Shown: positions 37,389-46,165 of the stretch, piece after piece | How positions within the stretch are numbered: the stretch's first letter is position 1 | How the letters are laid out: each line of letters opens with the position of its first letter | Assembly: GCA_964461335.1 (NCBI GenBank) | Contig: CAYWTY010000002.1 | Coordinates: 1,558 to 65,557, forward strand | Length of the DNA stretch: 64,000 nt | Source of the DNA: an uncultured Oscillospiraceae bacterium | GTDB lineage: Bacteria; Bacillota; Clostridia; Christensenellales; CAG-138 | Reading direction: 5' to 3' | Program-made: the position numbers and the translations under genes | The notes under the pieces: generated by a model | Databases searched by the model: none | The model's input: only the letters and a program-made list of their open reading frames with translations | Told to the model about the DNA's origin: nothing

Positions 37389-37689
37389 GTAGAATTGCTG
37401 AAAGCTATAAGGAAGAAGCCAGTTCAGCCCAGCTAACGAGTGCGAAGAATCTAATTTTCAAATGTTGTTATAGATTCATATCTACTACATTGCATAGCTA
37501 TTGAATATACCATAATGTCGTGCTATAGTGTGTGAGCAACAAGACTTCGAGAAAAATCTTGAAGATTAAAATACAGAATAGCAGGTTTAGATGCGAAACC
37601 TGCTATTCATGGCGCATGTTTATGGTTACCCTATAGGCAAGATGCAAACAGTCACTAAGTGACTATGTAGTATAAAGGTGGGTTAGGCC

Positions 37690-38979
37690 TTGAAAGAAAG
37701 ACGGTTAAGCCCGGGAAGGATTATCGCGCTAGGGTTCGCCGGTGTGATCCTTTTGGGTACAATATTATTGCTTCTGCCTGTTTCTGCGAATCTGGGCATT
37801 ACCATTCGCCCTGTGGACGCATTGTTTACTTCAACCAGCGCAGTTTGTGTAACCGGCTTGATAGCCATAGATACAGCCGATTATTTTAGCATTTTCGGGC
37901 GAACCGTAGTTGGGTTTCTGATTCAAATAGGCGGGTTGGGGATAACCTCTATAGGAGTTTCCTTTATCCTCCTCTCACATAAAAGGGTCGGATTAAAAGA
38001 ACGCATCCTTGTACGGGAATCCCTGAATTTGAATACCCTCCAAGGCATGGTACGACTGGTAAAATCCATTATGCTCGTAACACTATGCTTTGAAAGCATA
38101 GGCATGATACTCAGCTACATCGTGTTTTCACGGGAATACCCGCCGCTGTCTGCTTTAGGTATCAGCGCCTTCCATTCCGTAGCCGCATTTAATAACTCTG
38201 GATTTGATATTCTCGGGGGTTATCGGAATTTGATTCCCTATCGGGATAATGTATTGTTGAACTTGACAACATGCGGTTTAATTATCTTTGGCGGGCTGGG
38301 GTTCTATGCAATCCGGGAGATATTGCAAAAGCGTAACTGGCGAGATCTAAGCATGAATACAAAAATCGTTGTAACTATGACGCTTAGTCTGCTGACAATT
38401 GGCACAGTTTTATTAAAGCTTACAGATGATGTAACTTGGCTTGGTGCGTTCTTCCAAAGCACTTCTGCAAGAACAGCTGGATTCAGCACTTATTCAATTG
38501 GAGAATTTACCGCAGCAGGACAGTTTGTATTGATTATTCTCATGTTTATCGGTGCTTCACCTGGGTCAACAGGCGGCGGTATAAAGACTACGACTGCATT
38601 CACACTTCTTAAAAGCCTTTTTGCATTTTCCACAAATCAAGAATGTGTGGCTTTTAGGCGCAGGATTCCTTCTGAAAGCATCATGAAAGCGTTTACTATT
38701 ACCCTCTTGGCAGCAATCCTCATATGCTTCATGACTCTCGCGATTTGCATAACCGAGCCACACTTCACATTTGTGCAGATTCTTTTTGAAGTCGTATCAG
38801 GGTTTGGTACAGTTGGGCTTTCAACAGGCATTACTCCGCATTTGATGGATATTAGCAAAATCCTTTTATGTCTGACTATGTTCATCGGGCGGGTTGGGCC
38901 GCTTACCATTGCAAGTATTTGGGTATATAAAGCATCGTCGAACCTTTCTCATCCAGAGGAAAGAGTAACGATAGGATAG
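37690..38979 (+). CDS. ktrB: K+ uptake protein, TrkH/KtrB-type membrane subunit
   Basis: Four selectivity-filter-like segments (VCVTGL, NNSGFD, ARTAGFS, GFGTVGLSTG). TTG start after aaggtggg. Confidence 0.85.
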   Translation: MKERRLSPGRIIALGFAGVILLGTILLLLPVSANLGITIRPVDALFTSTSAVCVTGLIAIDTADYFSIFGRTVVGFLIQIGGLGITSIGVSFILLSHKRVGLKERILVRESLNLNTLQGMVRLVKSIMLVTLCFESIGMILSYIVFSREYPPLSALGISAFHSVAAFNNSGFDILGGYRNLIPYRDNVLLNLTTCGLIIFGGLGFYAIREILQKRNWRDLSMNTKIVVTMTLSLLTIGTVLLKLTDDVTWLGAFFQSTSARTAGFSTYSIGEFTAAGQFVLIILMFIGASPGSTGGGIKTTTAFTLLKSLFAFSTNQECVAFRRRIPSESIMKAFTITLLAAILICFMTLAICITEPHFTFVQILFEVVSGFGTVGLSTGITPHLMDISKILLCLTMFIGRVGPLTIASIWVYKASSNLSHPEERVTIG

Positions 38980-38991
38980 GAGAAGTATAAT

Positions 38992-39657
38992 ATGTCGGAA
39001 TATAGAGCGAGCATTAATTTTGGAGTTATTGGGCTTGGCCGTTTTGGAATGGCGCTTGCAGAAAAGCTTGCAGAAAACGGGAAAGAGGTTTTAGCACTAG
39101 ACACCAATGAAAGCAAGGTCAGACTTATTCAGGATAAGGTGCAACAAGCCTTTGTTGTATCACAATTGAATAAGGCAACTCTTGCCGAGGTTGGAATACA
39201 TAATTGCGGCACAGTAATTGTATGCATTGGTGAGCAGGTGGAAGCGAGTATTTTAACAACACTTAATGTCATCGAAATGGATGTTCCGAGGGTGATTGCA
39301 AAAGCAAACAGCGCTGAGCACGGCAAGGTGCTGCAGAAAATCGGCGCAGAAGTGGTGTATCCTGAGCGGGATCGTGCTATTCGTCTGGCTGCATCGCTGT
39401 CAATGAGCGGGAGTTTAGACTCCATTGATCTGCCAAGCGAATATATAATATCAGAGTTTCGGTTAGGCGATAGACACCACGGAGAAACCATCTCGAAATT
39501 GGATCTTAACAGAAGATTCAATCTCAACATAATTGCGATTGTTAGAGGGTCTGAAACCATTATTGAAATCGATTCCGGCCTTGAATTGAATACCAATGAT
39601 TTAATTATTGTGATAGGGAAAAAAGAAAACACAGCGAAACTTCAGCATATTTTATAG
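38992..39657 (+). CDS. ktrA: K+ uptake protein, KtrA/TrkA RCK subunit
   Basis: Rossmann motif GVIGLGRFG and a C-terminal RCK_C domain. Confidence 0.85.
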   Translation: MSEYRASINFGVIGLGRFGMALAEKLAENGKEVLALDTNESKVRLIQDKVQQAFVVSQLNKATLAEVGIHNCGTVIVCIGEQVEASILTTLNVIEMDVPRVIAKANSAEHGKVLQKIGAEVVYPERDRAIRLAASLSMSGSLDSIDLPSEYIISEFRLGDRHHGETISKLDLNRRFNLNIIAIVRGSETIIEIDSGLELNTNDLIIVIGKKENTAKLQHIL

Positions 39658-39840
39658 TCCTGCATGCAGGGGTGATGTCTTTAGCTGCAGTTAGCATATG
39701 CTTTGCTGTACGTAGGCCACTTATAAGTTGGTGCGACTAAATGCACAATCTGTTCGGTTTTGCGAAATCTTCCCCCTGCTGCTCTTGTTTTCCCCATCTG
39801 TCTATAGACGGAGAGCATAGCTGTTTCTAATGAAAAAGGA

Positions 39841-40680
39841 GTGTTTATGCGAATAATACCTGCCTCAACTATAAAAGAGACTGTTGCCGGGCTTTTTATT
39901 GATGCTGTATGCAGCCTGCCAAAAGATGTGCTAAATGCAATAGAAAAGGCGCAAAAAGTTGAAGTAGGCGCAGCAGCTATTGCACTAAGCCAAATCCTTG
40001 AAAACGAGCGGCTTGCAAGGGTTTCGCGGCGCCCCTGCTGCCAGGATACTGGGCTTGCAGTAGTTTTTATAGATTTAGGCGAACAAGTGTATATTGATGG
40101 AAGCTTAACAGAGGCTGTTGACGAGGGCGTAGCCTTTGCATATGAACGCGCATATTTACGAAAGTCAGCGCTTAGCGCACTCACGCGTGAAAACACTTTA
40201 ACAAACACACCCGCAATTTTGCACCTGCGCTTAGTAGAAGGGGATAAGCTCAATATTTCGGTTATGCCAAAGGGCTTTGGCAGCGAAAATATGAGCGCCC
40301 TAAAAATGCTTAAGCCGTCAGATGGTATTGAAGGTGTGCTTGGCTTTATTGTAGAAACTGTTAAGGCAAATGCAGCAAATGCCTGCCCTCCTGTTATTCT
40401 CGGCATTGGCATAGGCGGCACAATGGAAGCTGCAGCGCTTTTAGCTAAGCGCCAGCTTTTGCGCGAAACAGGCAAAAAGGCAGATTCCGCGCTTTTAAGC
40501 GGGCTTGAAGAAGAGGCGCTTAAACGGGTAAATGCGCTTGGTATAGGGCCTATGGGTTTAGGCGGCAAAACAACTGCGCTTGCCTGCCATATTGCTGAAC
40601 AGCCCACGCATATAGCAGGGCTTCCTGTTGCACTAAATATGCAATGCCATTGTTCCCGCCACAAAAGCGCAGAACTTTAA
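39841..40680 (+). CDS. class I (Fe-S) fumarate hydratase / tartrate dehydratase, alpha subunit
   Basis: CCQDTG Fe-S ligand motif and GIGIGGT, 279 aa. Confidence 0.85.
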   Translation: MFMRIIPASTIKETVAGLFIDAVCSLPKDVLNAIEKAQKVEVGAAAIALSQILENERLARVSRRPCCQDTGLAVVFIDLGEQVYIDGSLTEAVDEGVAFAYERAYLRKSALSALTRENTLTNTPAILHLRLVEGDKLNISVMPKGFGSENMSALKMLKPSDGIEGVLGFIVETVKANAANACPPVILGIGIGGTMEAAALLAKRQLLRETGKKADSALLSGLEEEALKRVNALGIGPMGLGGKTTALACHIAEQPTHIAGLPVALNMQCHCSRHKSAEL

Positions 40681-40690
40681 GGGGGTTAAA

Positions 40691-41299
40691 ATGCAGATAA
40701 AAGAAGTTAAGCTCCCGCTTTCTAAACAAGAAGAAGCTATGAACACTGAACTTAAAGTATACAAGTTAAAAGAAGTTAAGCTCCCGCTTTCTAATAAGGA
40801 GGCAGCGTTGCTTCGCACAGGCGAAGTAGTAAGCCTTTTCGGCACAGCTTATTTAGCGCGCGATGCAGCGCATAAGCGCCTTGTTGAATGTCTTGAGCAA
40901 AATATAGAGCCCCCATTTGAACTTCGTGGCGCTTGTATTTTTTATGCAGGCCCATGCCCTGCTGCGCCTGGCGAGCTCATTGGCCCATGCGGCCCTACAT
41001 CGAGCAGCCGTATGGATAAATACACCCTCCCCCTTTTGGATTGCGGGTTAAGTGCAATGATTGGCAAAGGCAAGCGCTCTCACGCAGTTGTTGAGGCAAT
41101 GCTCGGGCGTGCAGTTTATTTTGCTGTTACAGGCGGAACTGCGCTATTGATTTCAAAGCATATAGTTGAAGTTAAAGAAGTGGCATATCCGGAGCTTGGT
41201 ACTGAGGCTGTGCTTGCAGTTAAATTTAACGGCCTTACTGCAGTAGTTGCAGTTGACGCGCACGGCAATGACATTTTCGACCATGGGGGTAAAGAATGA
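40691..41299 (+). CDS. class I fumarate hydratase / tartrate dehydratase, beta subunit (23-aa N-terminal in-frame repeat insertion)
   Basis: GTAYLARDAAHKRL, GPCGPTSSSRMD and IGKGKR. The N-terminus contains KEVKLPLS twice (a 26-nt perfect direct repeat 69 nt apart). Confidence 0.8.
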   Translation: MQIKEVKLPLSKQEEAMNTELKVYKLKEVKLPLSNKEAALLRTGEVVSLFGTAYLARDAAHKRLVECLEQNIEPPFELRGACIFYAGPCPAAPGELIGPCGPTSSSRMDKYTLPLLDCGLSAMIGKGKRSHAVVEAMLGRAVYFAVTGGTALLISKHIVEVKEVAYPELGTEAVLAVKFNGLTAVVAVDAHGNDIFDHGGKE

Positions 41300-41538
41300 G
41301 CGGAATAGTTGAGCTTGACATTCACGGCATGACAAAGCTCCAGGCAAAGGCCTGCCTTGAGAGCGCCTTAAAAAGAGCTACACCTTCCACATACCGCATT
41401 CGTGTAATCCACGGGTATACGCGCGGCACAGAGCTAAGAGATATGGTGCGTAAAGATTACAGGGGGCATAAAAAGGTGCTGAGGCTGGAGCTTGGGCTAA
41501 ACCAAGGCCAAACTGAGCTTGTGCTTAGGGAGTACTAA
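41296..41538 (+). CDS. Smr domain protein
   Basis: ELDIHGMT...RVIHGYTRG, 80 aa. Confidence 0.7.
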   Translation: MSGIVELDIHGMTKLQAKACLESALKRATPSTYRIRVIHGYTRGTELRDMVRKDYRGHKKVLRLELGLNQGQTELVLREY

Positions 41539-41539
41539 T

Positions 41540-41701
41540 TTATAGCCTACTAACTATGTGAATAAGCTCCTGTGCGCTTAGAGCGCTTTCTGCTCTTTTT
41601 ATAACTTCCGCTTTTTTTTCATCATCAAGTGCTGAAAACCGCTTCATAGCGCATTTATCGGTTGAGAGTGCAAAAAGCAGCCCTTCCGGCATATCTGCCA
41701 T
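41540..41701 (-). CDS. small hypothetical protein (53 aa, below ORF-track cut-off)
   Basis: MADMPEGLLFALSTDKCAMKRFSALDDEKKAEVIKRAESALSAQELIHIVSRL. RBS aaggaag 8 nt upstream. Same strand as, and immediately distal to, the Tad locus. Confidence 0.3.
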   Translation of the reverse strand: MADMPEGLLFALSTDKCAMKRFSALDDEKKAEVIKRAESALSAQELIHIVSRL

Positions 41702-41769
41702 ATTATCACTTCCTTTATAAACTTAGATTGTGCAAAGAAGTGCAGCATATACAGAGGCAGGCTTCAGTT

Positions 41770-42600
41770 TTAGGGTTTGCCGTTTATCGGGAACTGCTTA
41801 ATGCAGCTTTGGCTTGGCTCTTTAGCAACAGGCGCCTCAAAAAGCGCTTCAAGCTGCAAAACGCGTTCGCGCAAAGCTAAAAGATGTTCTGCATGCTTTA
41901 TGCGCAGGTTTTCTAAAAATGCCTGAGACTCTTTAAGTGCAATATTAAGCGTTTGAATTGTTTCTTCAGCTGCAGCATTTTGTTTTCCTGCAGCGCGAAG
42001 TGCAGCTTTATATTCATAAAGCTTAGAATAAAGCTCCTCTTTGCTAAGCTCGCCCTCATTCGGGCTAAACTCAAGCGTCTTTATAGCTTTGTACAGGTTT
42101 GCCTCGTTTTCAAGCTCATTAAGGAGTTTTTCATGTTCCTTTTTCAGGCTGTTAAGTGCAGCTTCTGCTGCGCTTTTGCGCGCAAGCAGTGCGCCTGATT
42201 TTGCGCGCATTTCGTTTAGTGCGCTTTCTGTTGTTAAAAGCCTTGCCTGAAGGCTCCGGTATTCAAGGCGCAGGGCTTCCATTTCCAGAGAGTGCTTGCT
42301 TTGCAGCTTCTCAACAATAGGCCTTAGCTTTTCGCGCATATCTGCTTCTTGGTGCAGGTTTAGGGCTGCTTCTCTTGTCTTTTGCGCAAGCGTTTCTTTT
42401 AAGAAGCTGTTTTCTGTGTTAAGCACCATGAGCCTGTCTCTAAGTTCATTTGTTTCAGTGTAGAGCACGCGCTTCATTGCAGCAAGCGTGCTGTGCTGTT
42501 CTTCAAGCATGCTTACAAGCTGCGCTTTTTTATATGCGGAAAACTGCGCCTTTTCTACTTGCATTTTATTCGTTTTTATAAGCTCGTCATTGCGTTCCAT
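41770..42600 (-). CDS. coiled-coil protein (last large gene of the Tad operon)
   Basis: 276 aa, heptad-rich and Ala/Glu/Leu/Lys-rich. Overlaps the stop of the DUF192 gene. Confidence 0.4.
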   Translation of the reverse strand: MERNDELIKTNKMQVEKAQFSAYKKAQLVSMLEEQHSTLAAMKRVLYTETNELRDRLMVLNTENSFLKETLAQKTREAALNLHQEADMREKLRPIVEKLQSKHSLEMEALRLEYRSLQARLLTTESALNEMRAKSGALLARKSAAEAALNSLKKEHEKLLNELENEANLYKAIKTLEFSPNEGELSKEELYSKLYEYKAALRAAGKQNAAAEETIQTLNIALKESQAFLENLRIKHAEHLLALRERVLQLEALFEAPVAKEPSQSCIKQFPINGKP

Positions 42601-42943
42601 AATTATTGCCTTGCTCTATTTCAATTCGAAGCGCAGTTGGGGAGTTTAGCGCCCTATAACCACCTATTTGCAGCTCAAGCACATAAAAGCTGCCTTTAAC
42701 ACATTTGCCTGTTTTGTTGGGAGCGAGCGCTTCAAGGCATAAAAGCACATGCCCCGTTTTATCCATATAAATAACATCAATTGGCTCTGCCATAAAATGA
42801 GTGTGAATTTGGCTGCAAGGGTAAAGCAGAAGGCCGTCGATTTTGCGTTTGCACATAAGCCCGAAAAGGCGCAGAAAGAAGGTGTGCGCAACGCGCACTT
42901 TAAGGCTAAGCCCGTTTTCAGCATAAAGCGTGGCATACTTCAT
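42587..42943 (-). CDS. DUF192 domain protein
   Basis: LKVRVAHTFFLRLFGLM...IDVIYMDKTGHVL pattern of DUF192. One-nucleotide overlap between the tadC stop codon and this gene's start codon (TAATG). Confidence 0.6.
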   Translation of the reverse strand: MKYATLYAENGLSLKVRVAHTFFLRLFGLMCKRKIDGLLLYPCSQIHTHFMAEPIDVIYMDKTGHVLLCLEALAPNKTGKCVKGSFYVLELQIGGYRALNSPTALRIEIEQGNNYGTQ

Positions 42944-43866
42944 TATTGCTCACCAAAGACTTTTATTATGTTAAACACAGTAGGCCCCATAAGTATAATA
43001 AAAAGCACAGGGAAGATGCACAGCACCATTGGCAGGAGCATTTTTACAGAGGCCTTCATGCCCTTTTCCTGGGCTGCCTGCTTCCGAATAAGCCGCATAT
43101 GCGATGCCTGAGTCTTAAGCACGCTTTTTATTGGAGTTCCCATTTGTTCGGATTGGATAATTGCAGCAACAAGCGTCTTAAGCTCAGCAACGCTGTTATT
43201 TTCGCCAAGGTCATAGAGCGCCTCACGCCTGGGCTTGCCCATTTGGATTTCCATTGATGTTATTGTAAGCTCCTCCTTAAGTGCGCCTGTGAACTTATCG
43301 AGCGCGCGCTTTAATGCTAAGTCAAAGCTAAGCCCTGCATCAATGCTTACAGAGAGAATATCCATCATATCAGGAAGCTGCATTCTTATTGAACTCTGCC
43401 TTACTCTGCTTTTTAAAATTAAAAAGTAGGCAGGGAAGAGGAGCGAGATGAAAAGCCCGCATGCAATAGTAAGCAGCATTTCTTTTGTTTCAAGCTCCAT
43501 ATAAAGCGCAAACAATGTGCAAAGTAGCATTAAGCCTATTGTTATTGCAAGGCGGAGCGCGGAATATGCCTCAACACTTATGTAAAAGCCTGCTAAGCGG
43601 AGCTTTCGCTCAAGCTTGCTGTTTGCTTGGCTCTTTCTTAAAGCGCGCGATGCTGCACGCTCAATCTTTTGCTTAAACCTTGCAACAAGCGGCTTTATAA
43701 AGCGCTTTGAAAAATCCTCCTCAAGCTCATCAGAAAAGAGCTTATCCCCTTCCTGTATGCGCTTAATGCGAATTTGTTTTGCTTTATAGCGTGTGCGCGG
43801 GCGGTCGAAAAGCAATAGGATTATAATAAACGCAAAGCCTGATGAGCTCAATATAATAAAAGCCAT
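42943..43866 (-). CDS. tadC: Tad pilus inner-membrane platform protein TadC (T2SS-F family)
   Basis: T2SSF domain with 3-4 TMs. Start moved to the ATG at 43866 (RBS aaggaggg). Confidence 0.75.
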   Translation of the reverse strand: MAFIILSSSGFAFIIILLLFDRPRTRYKAKQIRIKRIQEGDKLFSDELEEDFSKRFIKPLVARFKQKIERAASRALRKSQANSKLERKLRLAGFYISVEAYSALRLAITIGLMLLCTLFALYMELETKEMLLTIACGLFISLLFPAYFLILKSRVRQSSIRMQLPDMMDILSVSIDAGLSFDLALKRALDKFTGALKEELTITSMEIQMGKPRREALYDLGENNSVAELKTLVAAIIQSEQMGTPIKSVLKTQASHMRLIRKQAAQEKGMKASVKMLLPMVLCIFPVLFIILMGPTVFNIIKVFGEQ

Positions 43867-43882
43867 ATGCCCTCCTTCTCCC

Positions 43883-44809
43883 TTAATACTTAATTGAAAC
43901 GATTTTGCGGATGATTGCGTAACCGATAAATTCAAGCGCTCCTGCTAAAACAAGCAGCATACGCCCATTGTGTGTTGTAAAGAACACCTGCATATAGTCG
44001 GGGTTCATAAGCATTAAAACAAGGCCTATAACAACAGGCATAAACCCTATTACCATGCCTGAAATTCTGCCTGTTGATGTTATTGTGTGAATTTCAGCCT
44101 TAACTTTAAGGCGGTCTGTAACTGTCTGCGCAATGCTCTCAAGCACAGCTGAGAGGTTCCCGCCAACCTGCTGCGCAATTAAAATTGCTGTTACCATGAG
44201 TTTTACATCAGCGCTTGCAACACGGTGAGTAAGGTTTGTAAGCGCACGCTCAGCAGTGCTGCCAAGCTGCATTTCACGAAGCACACGCGCAAACTCGCGG
44301 CTTATAGGTTCGCTCATATGCTCTGAAACATGCTGCATCCCCTGCTGGAATGTAAGCCCGCTTTTAAGGCAGTTGCTTATGCTCGTAATTGCATCCGCAA
44401 GCTGCTTTTCAAACGCTAAGAGGCGCTTCCTGCGGCTGTGCCTCACATAGAGCGGCGGCAGGCAAAGCCCTATTAGCGTAAGCGTTGGGGGTATGAGCAT
44501 ATGCGCTTCAAGCAGGAAGCTTATTGCAGGCGGAACAAGCGCAAGCACAACCCAAAGTATTAAGAACTCCTCAGCGCGCATAGGCACGCCTGCGCTTGCA
44601 AGCTGCTCAATGAGCACTGCTGAGATTTTTATTGACGGTTTGCGCTGCCTTAAAAGTTCCTTTTTTGTAAGCTCACGCAAACGCTCGCCGCCAAGCGTTT
44701 TAAGGCGAGTTTGCGCTTTTAGCCTGTCGCGAAGGAGCGTTGCGCCAATAAGCGCAGCTGTTAGAAAAACCAGCGCAACAATGCTTATGCTAAGCAGCAG
44801 CTTTTCCAT
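43883..44809 (-). CDS. tadB: Tad pilus inner-membrane platform protein TadB (T2SS-F family)
   Basis: T2SSF domain. Follows the CpaF ATPase gene. Confidence 0.75.
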   Translation of the reverse strand: MEKLLLSISIVALVFLTAALIGATLLRDRLKAQTRLKTLGGERLRELTKKELLRQRKPSIKISAVLIEQLASAGVPMRAEEFLILWVVLALVPPAISFLLEAHMLIPPTLTLIGLCLPPLYVRHSRRKRLLAFEKQLADAITSISNCLKSGLTFQQGMQHVSEHMSEPISREFARVLREMQLGSTAERALTNLTHRVASADVKLMVTAILIAQQVGGNLSAVLESIAQTVTDRLKVKAEIHTITSTGRISGMVIGFMPVVIGLVLMLMNPDYMQVFFTTHNGRMLLVLAGALEFIGYAIIRKIVSIKY

Positions 44810-44824
44810 TGCCCCTCCTTAATA

Positions 44825-46165
44825 TTATTTAAACCAGTCTTCCTGTACAGGTACACCGTTTGTGCGAATCTTTTCCGCACAGCGCGGGAACACGCCTGTT
44901 GTGCGAAAGCGCCCGTAGAAGCGCCCCTCTCCGTCAAACGCACCATCTGTTTCAAAAACAAAAATATCCTGCATTGTGACTGTATCGCCCTCCATGCCTG
45001 TTATTTCTGCAATGCTTGTTACCCTGCGCGAGCCGTCGCGAAGCCTGCTCTGATGTACAATTACATCAACAGCACTTGCAATTTGCCCGCGGATAGCAAG
45101 CGCAGGCAGCTCTACTCCTGCCATAAGCACCATTGTTTCTACACGCGCAATCATATCGCGCGGGGAGTTTGCGTGGCAGGTAGAAAGTGAGCCGTCATGG
45201 CCTGTGTTCATTGCCTGGAGCATATCAAGCGCTTCGCCTCCGCGCACTTCACCTACAATTATTCTATCAGGCCGCATACGAAGTGCGTTTCTAACAAGCT
45301 CACGAATTGTTATTTCGCCCCTGCCTTCAAGGTTTGCAGGCCTGCTCTCAAGGGTTATAACATGCTGCTGGTGCAGTTGTAGCTCTGCTGCATCCTCAAT
45401 TGTGACTATTCTTTCATCCTGCGAAACAAAGCCGGAAAGCACGTTTAAAAGTGTTGTTTTGCCGCTTCCTGTTCCGCCAGAAACCATTATATTAAGCCGC
45501 CCTTTAACGCACGCATCAAGGAAGCTTGCCATGCGTTGGGAGAGTGAGCCGAAGTCAACAAGGTCATGCACTTTAAAGGGCGTTTTCGCAAACTTTCGAA
45601 TTGTTACTGTTGGCCCTATAAGAGAAAGCGGGGGTATAATTATATTAACGCGGGAGCCATCCTTAAGTCGCGCATCAACCATTGGGCTTGATTCGTCAAC
45701 ATGCCGCCCTATGCCTGCGACTATTTTTTCAATTATCTGCATAACAGCTTCATCATCGCGAAAAGTTACATTCGAAAGGTGTAGCTTGCCATTGCGCTCA
45801 ACAAATACTTGGCTTGGCCCATTAACCATAATTTCGCTTATACTTGGGTCGTTTAAAAGCTCCTCAATAGGGCCTAAGCCCATTACTTCGTTGTAGAGCA
45901 TTGTAGCAATGCGCGCCCGCTCTAAGCGAGTTATTGCATTTGCATATTCCATTAGCACATCGTCAATTACGCTTTGCACCTGTGTGCAGCTTGGCTCGCC
46001 ACCCTGCGTGCGCAGGCGGTCAATTACGCGGTAGCGTACACGCTCGCGTATAGCTTCGTACTGCTCATGAGATGCATCGGATATTACAAGCGCAGCCTGC
46101 GCTTGTACATCTGTTTTAGGTGCGCTTACTTCATCGGCTTTGTTAAGCCTTACTCTTAGGCTCAT
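44825..46165 (-). CDS. tadA: Tad pilus secretion ATPase CpaF/TadA
   Basis: Walker A VSGGTGSGKTTLLN, Asp box IVTIEDAAEL, Walker B RPDRIIVGEVRG, His box. Confidence 0.9.
   Translation of the reverse strand: MSLRVRLNKADEVSAPKTDVQAQAALVISDASHEQYEAIRERVRYRVIDRLRTQGGEPSCTQVQSVIDDVLMEYANAITRLERARIATMLYNEVMGLGPIEELLNDPSISEIMVNGPSQVFVERNGKLHLSNVTFRDDEAVMQIIEKIVAGIGRHVDESSPMVDARLKDGSRVNIIIPPLSLIGPTVTIRKFAKTPFKVHDLVDFGSLSQRMASFLDACVKGRLNIMVSGGTGSGKTTLLNVLSGFVSQDERIVTIEDAAELQLHQQHVITLESRPANLEGRGEITIRELVRNALRMRPDRIIVGEVRGGEALDMLQAMNTGHDGSLSTCHANSPRDMIARVETMVLMAGVELPALAIRGQIASAVDVIVHQSRLRDGSRRVTSIAEITGMEGDTVTMQDIFVFETDGAFDGEGRFYGRFRTTGVFPRCAEKIRTNGVPVQEDWFK

Noticed and set aside
37389-37689. Possible c-di-AMP (ydaO) riboswitch upstream of ktrB.
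   Set aside because: None of the conserved ydaO sequence blocks or its pseudo-two-fold architecture is recognisable. Only simple hairpins are present.
39681-40664. 327-aa ORF on the minus strand.
   Set aside because: It is entirely antisense to the fumarate hydratase alpha subunit, whose plus-strand frame carries diagnostic motifs (CCQDTG, GIGIGGT). The product is low-complexity and Ser/Ala/Pro-rich, and there is no RBS.
45204-45896. 230-aa plus-strand ORF.
   Set aside because: It is antisense to cpaF/tadA, which has complete ATPase motifs.
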